This document shows positions 46,434 through 56,063 of a DNA stretch of 64,000 bases, in pieces. Made by a program: the position numbers and the translations under genes. Positions within the stretch are counted from its first letter, which is position 1. Every line of letters begins with the position of its first letter. The stretch comes from an uncultured Eubacteriales bacterium (GTDB taxonomy: Bacteria > Bacillota > Clostridia > Christensenellales > CAG-138): contig OW818651.1 in NCBI GenBank assembly GCA_942492885.1, forward strand, positions 1,346,959 to 1,410,958, written 5' to 3'. The notes below the pieces were generated by a model. It saw only the letters and a program-made list of their open reading frames with translations. It was not told the DNA's origin and made no database searches.

Positions 46434-47069
46434 ATGCTCTTTGGTGACGACGGGCTCAAGTCGCTGGCGGATCTTGCGAAAGAAGCCGTACGCAGCACAG
46501 CCAACTTCAACTGGACGTTCATCGCCATCCTCGCGTTTGTGGTGATGGTCTATGTCGACGAAATCCACAAAAAGAACTATAAGGCAATCGCCGCGGCAGT
46601 GATGCTCTACAGCGTGCATTGGCTGTATGAAATCGCAAACGCGGTCATCTGCCATTTCACGGGCTACGCGCTCTGGACGGTTTCGCCGGAGAGCACGAGC
46701 TATATCCTGCTCATCGGTGTGAGTTGGGAGCTGTCGATGATGTTCGCCGTCGCGGGCTTTACCTCAAAGCTGCTGCCTGAGGACAAGAACATGAAGATGT
46801 TCGGCATCAACAACCGCATCGTGTTTGCCATCGGCAGCGCGCTATTATTCTCCGCCATCGAGATCTTCCTCGCCTCCACGCCCGCGTTCATCTGGGTTTA
46901 CAAATGGTGGGGCGCGATTCCGGTTTTTATCACGACCTATATCCCGTTCTTCCTCGCGAGCTACCTGATCTACGACAAAGAGCCCAAGACGCAGAAGAAG
47001 TGGATCATCTCGCTGGTCTGCGTCAACATCGTGCTGCTTGCGGTGCTCGTGCCGCTGGGCATCATCTAA
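46434..47069 (+). CDS. Integral membrane protein, function unknown
   Basis: ATG 46434 lies 10 nt after GGGAGG. About 6 predicted TM segments. No recognisable catalytic motif. Confidence 0.7.
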   Translation: MLFGDDGLKSLADLAKEAVRSTANFNWTFIAILAFVVMVYVDEIHKKNYKAIAAAVMLYSVHWLYEIANAVICHFTGYALWTVSPESTSYILLIGVSWELSMMFAVAGFTSKLLPEDKNMKMFGINNRIVFAIGSALLFSAIEIFLASTPAFIWVYKWWGAIPVFITTYIPFFLASYLIYDKEPKTQKKWIISLVCVNIVLLAVLVPLGII

Positions 47070-47084
47070 CCGGGAGGCAAGCGC

Positions 47085-47375
47085 ATGTCCTGCTATTTTG
47101 TCGCGCGAATTCAAATTCACGACGAGGCCGAATATGGCCGCTATCTCGACTCGTGTGACGAGGTGTTTGCCCGCTTTTCCGGGCGCTATCTCGCGGTGGA
47201 TCGTTCGCCGATTCCTCTGGAGGGTGAGCCCGAAGAAGGGCGAATGGTGCTGATCGAGTTTCCGGATGAGCCGTCGTTCCGTCTCTGGTACGATTCAGCA
47301 GAGTATCAGGAAATCCTCACGCACAGGCTCGCGGGCGCACACTGCACCTCGGTGCTTGTGCGCGGAAAATCATAG
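47085..47375 (+). CDS. DUF1330-like protein
   Basis: 96 aa. 'YFVARIQIHDEAEYGRYL' start typical of the DUF1330/dimeric alpha-beta barrel family. GGGAGG RBS. Confidence 0.78.
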   Translation: MSCYFVARIQIHDEAEYGRYLDSCDEVFARFSGRYLAVDRSPIPLEGEPEEGRMVLIEFPDEPSFRLWYDSAEYQEILTHRLAGAHCTSVLVRGKS

Positions 47376-47430
47376 GCTGACGATTCGGATTCCAAACAAG
47401 GTTACTGTAGCAAGTAACGCTCTATAAACA

Positions 47431-47458
47431 AAACTGCGCCGCAAGGTGCAGTTTTTTT
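47431..47458. terminator. Bidirectional Rho-independent terminator
   Basis: aaactgcgcc-gcaa-ggtgcagttt stem with a GCAA tetraloop, followed by a T run. An A run precedes it. Confidence 0.65.
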
Positions 47459-47462
47459 GCGC

Positions 47463-47828
47463 TTAAGTGCGGGAAAGCTTCTCCATCGCCTCATCCACCG
47501 TCGCAACAAAGAACACGTGGCTGCCGTTGTTACTCTCGTAGATGAAATCGCGCAGGGGTTTGCTCGTGTAGCCGAAGAAGTCCCCGAAGATAGCAACCTT
47601 GAGCTGATAATTGACAAACTTTTGCAGAATGTCCCCCGCAAGCCCGCTGCTGAGGGCGAAAAACCGCTCGTCCAGCGCCTCTTTGGGCAATATCATGCGA
47701 TCGGCATCCGTCTCATAGCGCACCGTCGCCATCAGGTCGAGCGCGGACTGCACGTCGAAAACCAGCACTTCGTCGCTCACGACCTGCGCGATGATTTCGC
47801 TGTTATGCTCTGTTGTTATGATATTCAT
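47463..47828 (-). CDS. DUF4180-like protein
   Basis: 121 aa. 'DALDLMA...ILPKEALDERFFALSSGLAGDILQKFVNYQLKVAIFGDF' pattern. 4-nt overlap with the upstream rluA-family gene. Confidence 0.78.
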   Translation of the reverse strand: MNIITTEHNSEIIAQVVSDEVLVFDVQSALDLMATVRYETDADRMILPKEALDERFFALSSGLAGDILQKFVNYQLKVAIFGDFFGYTSKPLRDFIYESNNGSHVFFVATVDEAMEKLSRT

Positions 47829-48739
47829 CGTGTATCCTCAACTTGCTTATTTGGCGGGTCGATCAGCCGCCGCATATCCTCCGGCAAATCCGCTGTCAGG
47901 TGGATGCGTTCACCCGTGATCGGGTGCGTCAGCGTGAGCGTATGGGAATGCAGCGCCGGACGCGTGATCAGCGCGCGATCCTCCGCGCCGTAGAGCCAGT
48001 CCCCCGCGAGCGGAAAGCCAAGCGCCGCCATGTGGAGCCGGAGCTGATGCGTGCGCCCCGTGCGCGGAACCAAGCGCAGGAGCGTGAATCTCTCGTTCGT
48101 AGCAAGGGTTTCATATTCCGTCCGCGCGCTCTGCCCGTCCGGCCGAATGGCGCGCTGAAAGGTGGAGCCCTCCGCCATGCCGATCGGCAGTTCGATTACG
48201 CCGCTTTCAGGCGTAACGTGTCCGCAGGCGATGCCGAGGTAGGTGCGTGCATACGCGCTGTGCATCTGCCGCCGGAGCCGCTCGTGGATGTATCCGCTCT
48301 TGGCAAACGCGATCAATCCCGACGTGCCGCGGTCGAGCCGCGAGACCGGATGCGGGCTGATGAGACCGCCAAGATGGTGGCAGACCGCGTTCTCCAGCGT
48401 GACCTCGTCAGGGTCGCGCGTGCTTTGGTGCACAGCGATACCCGCAGGTTTGTCGAGAATCAGCAGGTCTTCATCCTCATAACGCACCACGAGCGGAAAC
48501 GCCATCGGCACAATGTGCCCGTCCGGCAAGTCGCCGATTTCGACCGTGAGCACGTCGCCCGCCGTCACCCGCGCGGTGACATAACAGCGCGTTTGGTTGA
48601 GGAGAATCCCCTCTTCGCGCCGCTTCAGGCGGGAGATATGCGAATCCGAACACGCGAGCTCACGCCGCAGGATGCTCAGCACCGTGCGGTTTTCGTCCGT
48701 CGGGGTTGTGGTATATGTCAGCGTGCGCAGATGCTTCAC
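47825..48739 (-). CDS. RluA-family pseudouridine synthase
   Basis: 304 aa. S4-like N-terminus. Catalytic 'HRLDRGTSGLI'-type motif ('VSRLDRGTSGLIAFAK') and 'GRTHQLRLHMAALG'. The GTG start is uncertain because the RBS abuts it. Confidence 0.86.
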   Translation of the reverse strand: MKHLRTLTYTTTPTDENRTVLSILRRELACSDSHISRLKRREEGILLNQTRCYVTARVTAGDVLTVEIGDLPDGHIVPMAFPLVVRYEDEDLLILDKPAGIAVHQSTRDPDEVTLENAVCHHLGGLISPHPVSRLDRGTSGLIAFAKSGYIHERLRRQMHSAYARTYLGIACGHVTPESGVIELPIGMAEGSTFQRAIRPDGQSARTEYETLATNERFTLLRLVPRTGRTHQLRLHMAALGFPLAGDWLYGAEDRALITRPALHSHTLTLTHPITGERIHLTADLPEDMRRLIDPPNKQVEDTR

Positions 48740-48940
48740 CTCCTGCCGTTTCTCGTTTCGTGCTTATTTGCTTCACTTTACCGCAAGCCAAGTCAAAACG
48801 CAACGCAACGGCGCCCGAATTGTTAGATTTTGAAGGCATTTTGCGTTTATGGCTTTTCAAAATTCAATCGCATCCGTTATACTAAATGTAAGGATACGAA
48901 AATCGTGTCAACGATCTATTTTGATGAAGGAGTGGTCAAT

Positions 48941-49252
48941 ATGGCTGTTGTGAATATCACCAACGCAAATTTCAAGGAAGAGGTGCTGGAGAGCGACAAG
49001 AAGGTTCTGGTCGATTTCTGGGCGCCGTGGTGCGGGCCCTGCCGCATGGTCTCCCCGATTGTGGACGAGATCGCAGAGGAAAACGCCGCCATCAAGGTTG
49101 CGAAGATCAACATCGACGAGCAGCCGCAGCTCGCCAGCCAGTATGGCGTGATGAGCATCCCCACGCTGATGGTGTTTGAAAACGGCGACGTGGCGGACAA
49201 AGCCGTCGGCGCACGTAACAAAGCATTTATCTTGCAGATGCTCGAAGGCTAA
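48941..49252 (+). CDS. trxA: Thioredoxin
   Basis: Trimmed to ATG 48941 after GAAGGAG. 103 aa. Active site '[10 protein letters not shown]'. Confidence 0.92.
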   Translation: MAVVNITNANFKEEVLESDKKVLVDFWAPWCGPCRMVSPIVDEIAEENAAIKVAKINIDEQPQLASQYGVMSIPTLMVFENGDVADKAVGARNKAFILQMLEG

Positions 49253-49271
49253 GTCTTTCGCTAGAATCACA

Positions 49272-49310
49272 AAAACTCTCCGCAAAAACCTTGCGGAGAG
49301 TTTTTTATTT
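49272..49310. terminator. Bidirectional Rho-independent terminator
   Basis: ctctccgcaa-aaacc-ttgcggagag stem flanked by A5 and T6 runs. Confidence 0.7.
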
Positions 49311-49373
49311 GGTCAGATCTAGCGGGGTTTCCAAAGGGGTTTACCCCTTTGGCCTGCGGAGCACCTACCCTAT

Positions 49374-50063
49374 TTACTCATAAACCGACTCGACAGACGC
49401 GACTCCCTCTATTCTGGAGAGTCCTTCCATCAAGGGCGCGAGGTTGTCGCGATCCGGCAGCGTCAGGTGCGCGTAGACATGCCGTTTGAGGTTTTTGGTG
49501 TCGATGGCGAAGCTGAACTCGTCGATCACGCAGCCCATGCGCTCCAGATCCTCTTGCAGCTTCACAATACTCTGCCCTTCCATCGACAGCACGATCTGCA
49601 GCACGAGGCGGTTTGCCTTTTTCCTGCGGCTGTGCGCCATGGTGCGCATCACGCGCAGCACGATGAGGATGAGCACCGTGGTCGCAATCGAGACAATGTA
49701 ATTACCGGTGCCCGCGGCGAGACCCACGCAGGACACGCACCAGAGGCTGCTTGCGGTGGTCAGCCCGCGCACGGAAATCCCCTCTTTGATAATAGTGCCC
49801 GCACAAAGAAAACCGATGCCGCTGACCACCTGCGCGCCGATGCGGGCGGGGTCGATGTTCGAGTTCGGGTATTGCGACATCAAAAACTCTCCGCTGCACA
49901 TCACGAGAGCAGCGCCGATGGCCACGAGGATATGCGTGCGCATGCCCGCGTTGCGCTGCACATGCTCGCGCTCATAGCCGATGAAGCCCGCAAGCACGGC
50001 GGCGAGCGTCACGCGCCCTATCATGGAGAGCGTTTGCAGCCAGTCGAATGAGAATTGAAACAT
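49374..50063 (-). CDS. MgtC/SapB family membrane protein
   Basis: Trimmed to ATG 50063. 'LAGFIGYEREHVQRNAGMRTHILV' MgtC motif plus a C-terminal ACT-like domain. Confidence 0.85.
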   Translation of the reverse strand: MFQFSFDWLQTLSMIGRVTLAAVLAGFIGYEREHVQRNAGMRTHILVAIGAALVMCSGEFLMSQYPNSNIDPARIGAQVVSGIGFLCAGTIIKEGISVRGLTTASSLWCVSCVGLAAGTGNYIVSIATTVLILIVLRVMRTMAHSRRKKANRLVLQIVLSMEGQSIVKLQEDLERMGCVIDEFSFAIDTKNLKRHVYAHLTLPDRDNLAPLMEGLSRIEGVASVESVYE

Positions 50064-50170
50064 ATGGTTCTCCTTTCGAAACAATAGATCAAATATATGT
50101 AAAGCATTTGTCAAATCCTTGTGTACCGTATATTATACACGCACTTCGTGTTTCAGCAACCGATTGCACG

Positions 50171-50205
50171 AAAAAAGACCCCGCTCGCGTCCGCTGCGGG
50201 GTCTT
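50171..50205 (-). terminator. Rho-independent terminator after the phosphoglucomutase gene
   Basis: Minus strand aagaccccgc ... gcggggtctt followed by tttt. Confidence 0.65.
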
Positions 50206-50219
50206 GTGTCGCCTGACTA

Positions 50220-51629
50220 TTATAGGTTCAGCAGAGCTTTCCATGCCGCGATATACGAGAGTGCTTGCTCCTCTGTGTGTCCCTCGGCAAAGATGCGCAG
50301 AAGCGGCTCCGTGCCGCTAAAGCGGCAGACGACGAACGAATCATCCGCAAAATACACCTTGCAGCCGTCCTGATAGCTCACGCGCACCGATTCTGTCGCA
50401 AACTTCGGCAGCGCGCATTCGGTGAAGATCGTGTGCTCCAGCGCCTCACGCTGCGACGCAGAGAAATGCACGTTGCTCTCCTTCATACAGTACTTGCCGA
50501 GCTTTTGCGATATCTCGGCGATCATTTCGCTCGGGTGCTTGCCCGTCTTGCAGATCATCTCCACAAACAAGGCGGAGGAATAGACCGAGTCCTTGCCGTG
50601 GATGTGCCCGCGTACGGTCAAGCCCCCGGATGATTCGCCGCCGAGCACCGCGTCCACCTCGTCAATCTTGGAGGAGATGTGTTTAAAGCCCACCGGCACC
50701 TCATAGCAGGTTTCGCCGAACGATTCCGCCACGCGATCTAACAGGTGCGTGGTGGAAAGATTGCGCACCACAGACCCTTTCCAGCCCTTGTGCTCGTGCA
50801 GATAGGTATACAGCAGCACGAGGATCTCGTTTGCACTGATGTATTTGCCCAATCCATCGATGATGCCGAGGCGGTCCCCGTCGCCATCCACCGCGATGCC
50901 GAGGTCGTAGTTGCCGTAGACCACGCGCTTTCGCAGCTCGTCCATCGTGTCCTCTGTTGGCGCGGGCATCATGCCGCCGAAATACGCGTCCTTTTCCCCG
51001 TGAATCTGATCCACAGTGCAGCGCGCGGTGTTGAAGATGACGGTCAGCGGATACGTCGACGAACCGTGCATGGAGTCAAACAGGATTCTCGGCCCGCGCG
51101 CGCGGATGGCTTCGGTGTCGATGACGCTGAGCACCGCGTCGATGAAATCGTTAAACGGGTTTTTGAGGTACTCGATCAGCCCCTTGCTTTCCGCCTCCTG
51201 CATCGAGAGTGAGTTGACGATCTCCAGCGCATTGATCTCGCGCTCCAGTCGCTCCGTCACGTCCGATGGCGCGTCCCGCCCTTCTTCCACAATCACCTTG
51301 ATGCCGTTGTAGCTGCTGGGGTTGTGCGAGGCGGTGATCTCGATGCCGCGATACAGCCCGTGCTGCTTGACTAGGTACATGATCAGCGGGGTTGGCACGC
51401 TGCGGTGCATGAACCAGACGTGGATGCCGTTTGCCGCGAGCACCTCCGCCATCCAGTTAGCCGCTTCGGCGGAAAGAAACCGGCGATCATAGCCGATGAC
51501 TACGGGCTTGTCCGCCTTCTTATCCGCGATCAGCAGGTTTGCCATCCCCTGCGCTACGCGCTGAATATTCGCCTGATAGAAATCAACGCCGATCTGGGCG
51601 CGCCAGCCACCCGTTCCAAAGCAAATCAT
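50220..51629 (-). CDS. Phosphoglucomutase/phosphomannomutase family protein
   Basis: 469 aa. Phosphoserine loop 'ITASHNPSSYNG' and metal loop 'GIAVDGDGDRLG'. AAAGGGA RBS. Confidence 0.88.
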   Translation of the reverse strand: MICFGTGGWRAQIGVDFYQANIQRVAQGMANLLIADKKADKPVVIGYDRRFLSAEAANWMAEVLAANGIHVWFMHRSVPTPLIMYLVKQHGLYRGIEITASHNPSSYNGIKVIVEEGRDAPSDVTERLEREINALEIVNSLSMQEAESKGLIEYLKNPFNDFIDAVLSVIDTEAIRARGPRILFDSMHGSSTYPLTVIFNTARCTVDQIHGEKDAYFGGMMPAPTEDTMDELRKRVVYGNYDLGIAVDGDGDRLGIIDGLGKYISANEILVLLYTYLHEHKGWKGSVVRNLSTTHLLDRVAESFGETCYEVPVGFKHISSKIDEVDAVLGGESSGGLTVRGHIHGKDSVYSSALFVEMICKTGKHPSEMIAEISQKLGKYCMKESNVHFSASQREALEHTIFTECALPKFATESVRVSYQDGCKVYFADDSFVVCRFSGTEPLLRIFAEGHTEEQALSYIAAWKALLNL

Positions 51630-51644
51630 ATGAAGTATCCCTTT

Positions 51645-51677
51645 CGTAAAATAAGAATGATCCGTACTAGATCATTC
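51645..51677 (-). terminator. Stem-loop between the response-regulator and PGM genes
   Basis: 8-bp arms gaatgatc/gatcattc (51655-51662 / 51670-51677). The minus-strand transcript continues with ttatttta. Confidence 0.4.
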
Positions 51678-51714
51678 CCATTTCGTTTTCAAAATCGATT
51701 GAACCAGCATAGAG

Positions 51715-52455
51715 TTACCCTTTGCTGTTGCGGTATTCATACGCGCTCATGCCCGTGATCTTCTTAAACGTCCGCGCAAAATGCCCGGGGTCGCTATAGC
51801 CCACGCGCTCGCCGATGTCGCCGATCTTCAGCTTCGGGTCGGCCAGCAGCTGCTGCGCGCGCCGAATGCGAATCTCGTTGAGCAAATCGTAAAAGCTCTT
51901 CTCCATGTGGCGGTTGAGTAGCTTGCTCAGATGCCATTGGGAGACATAGCAGTGGTCGGCAACGTCCTGCAGGGTAAGTTTGTCCGCAAAGCGCTGCTCT
52001 AAAAACTGCATCGCCTCGCGCACGAGGAAGCTGCCCGCCGGACGGTCTTCCTCCTCCGGCTCCTGCGTTACCGCACCCGCCGCGCGAAGGTTTGCGGTCA
52101 TGGTGCGCATGGCCTCGTTGATCTCGTCCATCTTCGAGGGTTTGAGCAGCAGCCGCGTGACGCCGAGGCGAATCGCCTCCTGCGCATATGAAAAATCGCG
52201 ATAGCCCGTCAGCACCGTGACCTCCATTGCGGGAAACTCGCTCTTGAGCCCGGCAAGCATGGTCAGCCCGTCCTGATCCGGCATCTTGATGTCGGTAAAC
52301 ACGATCTGCGGGCGGTGGCGGCGGATCGCCTCCGCACCGTCATGCGCGTTTTGCGCGGTGGCAACCACCTCTGAGCCAAAGCCAACCCAGTCGACAACCT
52401 TCTTCAGGCCCTCGAGGATAATGGCTTCATCATCGATTAAAACAACACGAATCAT
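51715..52455 (-). CDS. Response regulator with AraC-type HTH output (YesN-like)
   Basis: 246 aa. Receiver 'IRVVLIDDE...VFTDIKMPDQDG' plus a C-terminal AraC HTH 'GERVGYSDPGHFARTFKK'. Confidence 0.9.
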   Translation of the reverse strand: MIRVVLIDDEAIILEGLKKVVDWVGFGSEVVATAQNAHDGAEAIRRHRPQIVFTDIKMPDQDGLTMLAGLKSEFPAMEVTVLTGYRDFSYAQEAIRLGVTRLLLKPSKMDEINEAMRTMTANLRAAGAVTQEPEEEDRPAGSFLVREAMQFLEQRFADKLTLQDVADHCYVSQWHLSKLLNRHMEKSFYDLLNEIRIRRAQQLLADPKLKIGDIGERVGYSDPGHFARTFKKITGMSAYEYRNSKG

Positions 52456-52513
52456 CGGGATACTCCTTCCCGATTATTATAGCATAATCCGGCTATTTGG
52501 AAGGAGTTCACCC

Positions 52514-53398
52514 TCAGCCTTTGACCGCGCCAACGGTCAGGCCCTTGATGATGTTCTTTTGCAGCAGCACATACACGATCAGCACCGGAACCACGACCAG
52601 CACGACGGACGCCGCCATGAGCCCGTAGTTCACGCCAGCCTGAGAGCTGATCTCGTTGATGAGCAGGGTGATGGTCTTCTCCTTGGGGTAGCGCAGAAAA
52701 AACGTCTGCGTAAACAGGTCGTTATACGACCAGAGGAAGGAGAAGATCGCAACCGTCGCAAACGAAGGCTTGGCCACGGGGATGATGATCTTGAAATAGA
52801 TCTGAAACACGTTGCAGCCGTCTAAGTAGGCCGCCTCTTCCAGATCGATCGGCACGCTTCGTATAAAGCCCATCAGCACCACGATGGCAAAGGCCAAATT
52901 CCCCGCAATCTGCGGCAGTATGGTCGCCAGCAGCGAAAGCCAGCGGTTTTGCGTGCTCGCGATTCCCCAGAGCACCTCCATGCGAAACACGGGGATAATC
53001 GTGGAAAACACCGGAAACATCATCGCCGCGATGATCATGCCGTGCACAATCTTCTGCCCGCGAAATTTATAGCGCACCATGCCGTAGGCAAACAGCCCCG
53101 CCAGCAGCACGACAACCAAAGTCACCACCACGGAGATGAGGATGCTGTTGGTGTATCCCGCGACAAAGTCGCTACGGTCGGCCGCTGTGGTGTAGTTTTC
53201 AAACGTGAAGCTCTCTGTCCACGGCCACGGAATCGAGAACGAATCCGAGCGAATCTCCCCGCGCACACGAAACGAGTTGAGGATGACCCAGAGAAACGGA
53301 TACGCCGTGGTGATCGCCCAGAAGATGAGCACCGCGTAGGAGACCGCCTGCGAGAGCGGAACGCGTTTTTTGACGAGTGGTTTGTGATTCATGCGCAT
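52514..53398 (-). CDS. Carbohydrate ABC transporter permease (CUT1, MalG-like)
   Basis: Trimmed to ATG 53398 after GGAGAGAGGGGAAT. EAA loop 'DLEEAAYLDGCNVFQIYFKIIIPVAKP'. Confidence 0.88.
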   Translation of the reverse strand: MRMNHKPLVKKRVPLSQAVSYAVLIFWAITTAYPFLWVILNSFRVRGEIRSDSFSIPWPWTESFTFENYTTAADRSDFVAGYTNSILISVVVTLVVVLLAGLFAYGMVRYKFRGQKIVHGMIIAAMMFPVFSTIIPVFRMEVLWGIASTQNRWLSLLATILPQIAGNLAFAIVVLMGFIRSVPIDLEEAAYLDGCNVFQIYFKIIIPVAKPSFATVAIFSFLWSYNDLFTQTFFLRYPKEKTITLLINEISSQAGVNYGLMAASVVLVVVPVLIVYVLLQKNIIKGLTVGAVKG

Positions 53399-53412
53399 AT
53401 TCCCCTCTCTCC

Positions 53413-54303
53413 TCAATATTCTTTCTCTTTGAAGACGCGGTTTGCAACCTGCGCCAGCAGCACGCCAAGCACCACGATGACAACCGCGATGGCGGAGCCG
53501 TAGTCCACGTTTCCGCGCGTGAAGGTCTGGTTGTACATGTAGGTGCCCGTGAGCCAGGACTGATCGAGCGGGATGCCCGCGCCCATCATCACCCACGGCA
53601 GGTCAAACACCTTTAAAGCGCCCGTGACGGCTAAAATCAGGCAGGTGCAGATGACGTTTCTCAGCAGCGGCAGCGTAATGTAGCGCACGCGCTTCCAGCC
53701 CGTCGCGCCGTCGAGCTCCGCCGCCTCGTAAACATCGGTAGAGATGTTGTTTAAGCCCGTGACGAGAATCACGAAATAAAACCCCACATACTGCCAGAGC
53801 ACCGGCAGCAGCATCGTAAAGAAGTAATACTTCTCGCCCTTCCAGTCGATGTTGGCGGTGGTGATGCCAAGGTTTTGCAAAAGCTGGTTGAGCATGCCGC
53901 CGTTGTAAAGGAAGATGATGTTGAACAATAGCCCCAGTGCGGTTGCGCTGATGACGATCGGGAAAAAGTACAGCGTCCGGAAGAACCTCGATCCCGCCTT
54001 GATGCGGTCTACGATCAGCGCCAGCACGAGCGCCGTGCCCACCTGAAACACCAGCGTGCAAAGCACGAGCAGCAGCGTGTTTTTCACCGCGATGCGCATG
54101 TTGGGATCATTCCAAAGCTCGACATAGTTTGTAAACCAGGGTTCGTTGACCCCCGCGGCCTTTGTGCCGAGTCCGCTGATGGAAAGAAAACTGTTGATGA
54201 CGTTCTGGATGAATGGATAGTAGAGATACACGATCAAAAACAAAAACGCTGGCAGGAGAAAAAACAGCAGCGGCGCTTTCTTCTTATAGATCATGGAATT
54301 CAT
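53413..54303 (-). CDS. Carbohydrate ABC transporter permease (CUT1, MalF-like)
   Basis: Trimmed to ATG 54303, 5 nt after GGAGG. EAA loop 'VYEAAELDGATGWKRVRYITLPLL'. Confidence 0.88.
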   Translation of the reverse strand: MNSMIYKKKAPLLFFLLPAFLFLIVYLYYPFIQNVINSFLSISGLGTKAAGVNEPWFTNYVELWNDPNMRIAVKNTLLLVLCTLVFQVGTALVLALIVDRIKAGSRFFRTLYFFPIVISATALGLLFNIIFLYNGGMLNQLLQNLGITTANIDWKGEKYYFFTMLLPVLWQYVGFYFVILVTGLNNISTDVYEAAELDGATGWKRVRYITLPLLRNVICTCLILAVTGALKVFDLPWVMMGAGIPLDQSWLTGTYMYNQTFTRGNVDYGSAIAVVIVVLGVLLAQVANRVFKEKEY

Positions 54304-54487
54304 AGGTGCCTCCGTCTGCCCGCTCCGGCCTCGCGTTGCCAAACCGTGCCTGGTTCGTAAAATACTCTCGGTTGCTCTCGAAAAAGCATATTGTAAACTT
54401 CGGAATGCGAATCGCGAAAAAGTTGGTCAGGGGTCGGCCGATCACTCGGTCGACCCCTGTTCGGTTCAGGTGTTGCGCTCGTTTGCC

Positions 54488-55819
54488 TTATTTGGCAAGC
54501 GCGGAGTCGATGGCTTCCGCCGCGGTGGTCTTGCCGGTGACGATGTTCTTCACGTTGGCAAAGAGGTCTCCGCGCTGTTCCGCCGTGAGCTTATCCTGCA
54601 CGGCGCCGACCACGCTGGTGGCACCAGCGCACATTGCGATGGCGGATTTCTGGAGGCTGTCGAGGGTGTCCGCCGGGATAACGCCATTCTTGAGCGCGGT
54701 CACAGCGGTGACGGAGAAGATGGAAACCTGCTCGTCGCTCGTCATGAACTCCACGAACTTGACAGCGGCATCACGCTTGGCAGGATCGTCCCATGCCTTC
54801 TTGGTGATGAAGTAACCCATGGAGATACCGCCGATGAGGTCGGTGCCTGCACGCTCGCCCTTGCCGGGAACGAAGGTCAGCGCGAAGTCTTCGAGGTGAT
54901 CGGCACAGTTGGTCTGGAAGAAGCCGATTTTCCAGCTGCCGTCGATCAGGAACGCGGCCTGTCCGTCAGCCACGAGCTGAACGGTCTCGGCGTCCGTCGC
55001 GGTCAGGGTGTTCTCGGGCAGGTAGCCTGCGTCGTAGAGCGCCTTGATGTCTTCGAGGCCTTTTGCCCACTTCATGCCGGTTTCGTCGCTGGAGGCGGCG
55101 GGCACGCTGAGGTGGTTACCAGTGTTGCCGTTGTTGTAAACAGAGAACTCAAACCAGTAATGCGGCACTTCCTGCAAGGAGACGGCGACGGGCGTGAAGC
55201 CAGCGTCTTTGATCTTCTGGCAGTCTACGAGGAACTGGTCCCACGTGTAGTCTGCGCCGGGCAGGGTCACACCGGCGGCTTCAAGAACCTTGGTGTTGAC
55301 ATACATGCTTTCCCAATAGCCGTTGACCGGAACGCTGTAGACCTTGCCGTCCACGGCGGAGGGAACGAGCATTTCGTCCTTCATGTTGGTTGCAAATTCG
55401 GGATAGGCGGCGCGGATTTCGTCCAGGGAGACGACCTTGCCCGCGGAGACGATTGCGTCGGAGTCATTGCCGTTGAAGTAGAAGAGCACGTCGGGCTCGG
55501 TGCCGGTTTCAAAGTCGGTCATGACTTTGGCTTTCCACTCTTCGTTGGAAGTGGCGGAAGCGTCGAGCACTTTGTTGCCCGTTTCGGCTTCGTAGCCGGC
55601 AAGAGCCGCTTCATAGTTGGCGCGGTTGCCGTCGTCGCCGCCGTAAGAGGTAACGACCGTCAGGCTGACGGGTTCCGCAGCCGCGGGCGCTTCGGTCGCT
55701 TGAGCAGCAACTTCGGTGGCGGCGGGTTCTTCCGTCGCGGCGGGAGCGGCCGGCTGGCAAGCCGCAAACGCGGTCAGGCACATTGCCAGAACCAGAATGA
55801 GCGCTATGGTTTTCTTCAT
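54488..55819 (-). CDS. Extracellular solute-binding lipoprotein (CUT1 family)
   Basis: Trimmed to ATG 55819. Lipobox 'LTAFAAC', Ala/Pro/Glu/Thr linker, then a family-1 SBP body. Confidence 0.88.
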   Translation of the reverse strand: MKKTIALILVLAMCLTAFAACQPAAPAATEEPAATEVAAQATEAPAAAEPVSLTVVTSYGGDDGNRANYEAALAGYEAETGNKVLDASATSNEEWKAKVMTDFETGTEPDVLFYFNGNDSDAIVSAGKVVSLDEIRAAYPEFATNMKDEMLVPSAVDGKVYSVPVNGYWESMYVNTKVLEAAGVTLPGADYTWDQFLVDCQKIKDAGFTPVAVSLQEVPHYWFEFSVYNNGNTGNHLSVPAASSDETGMKWAKGLEDIKALYDAGYLPENTLTATDAETVQLVADGQAAFLIDGSWKIGFFQTNCADHLEDFALTFVPGKGERAGTDLIGGISMGYFITKKAWDDPAKRDAAVKFVEFMTSDEQVSIFSVTAVTALKNGVIPADTLDSLQKSAIAMCAGATSVVGAVQDKLTAEQRGDLFANVKNIVTGKTTAAEAIDSALAK

Positions 55820-55981
55820 GGTCTCTTTCCTCCGTATCGATTTGTTAGAAATGCAAAAAAGATTTGCCTTCGATGGTTTCATTATAGGACGCAGCAAAGC
55901 CCGCGAATAAGGCACGCGGTTGTCGTATTTTGCACGTGGTTGTTGTGTTGTGCTCTACGGACAGTTGTTATCATAAGTTCC

Positions 55982-56015
55982 ATACAAATTCGTCATTTGC
56001 ACGATACAAATTACG
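55982..56015. promoter_or_regulatory. Direct repeats in the SBP promoter region (candidate regulator sites)
   Basis: ATACAAATT at 55982-55990 and 56004-56012 (22-bp period). TTTGCAC at 55929, 55996 and 56032. Confidence 0.3.
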
Positions 56016-56063
56016 ATGCTTTCGGTCTGTTTTTGCACCCTGCGCAGTTGCAGATTCAAATGA

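Noticed and set aside
49341-49363. Hairpin ccaaagggg-ttta-cccctttgg as a terminator for mgtC.
   Set aside because: The 9-bp stem is perfect but no U-tract follows on either strand. The adjacent trxA terminator (49272-49310) is bidirectional and explains termination better. The hairpin's role is left open.
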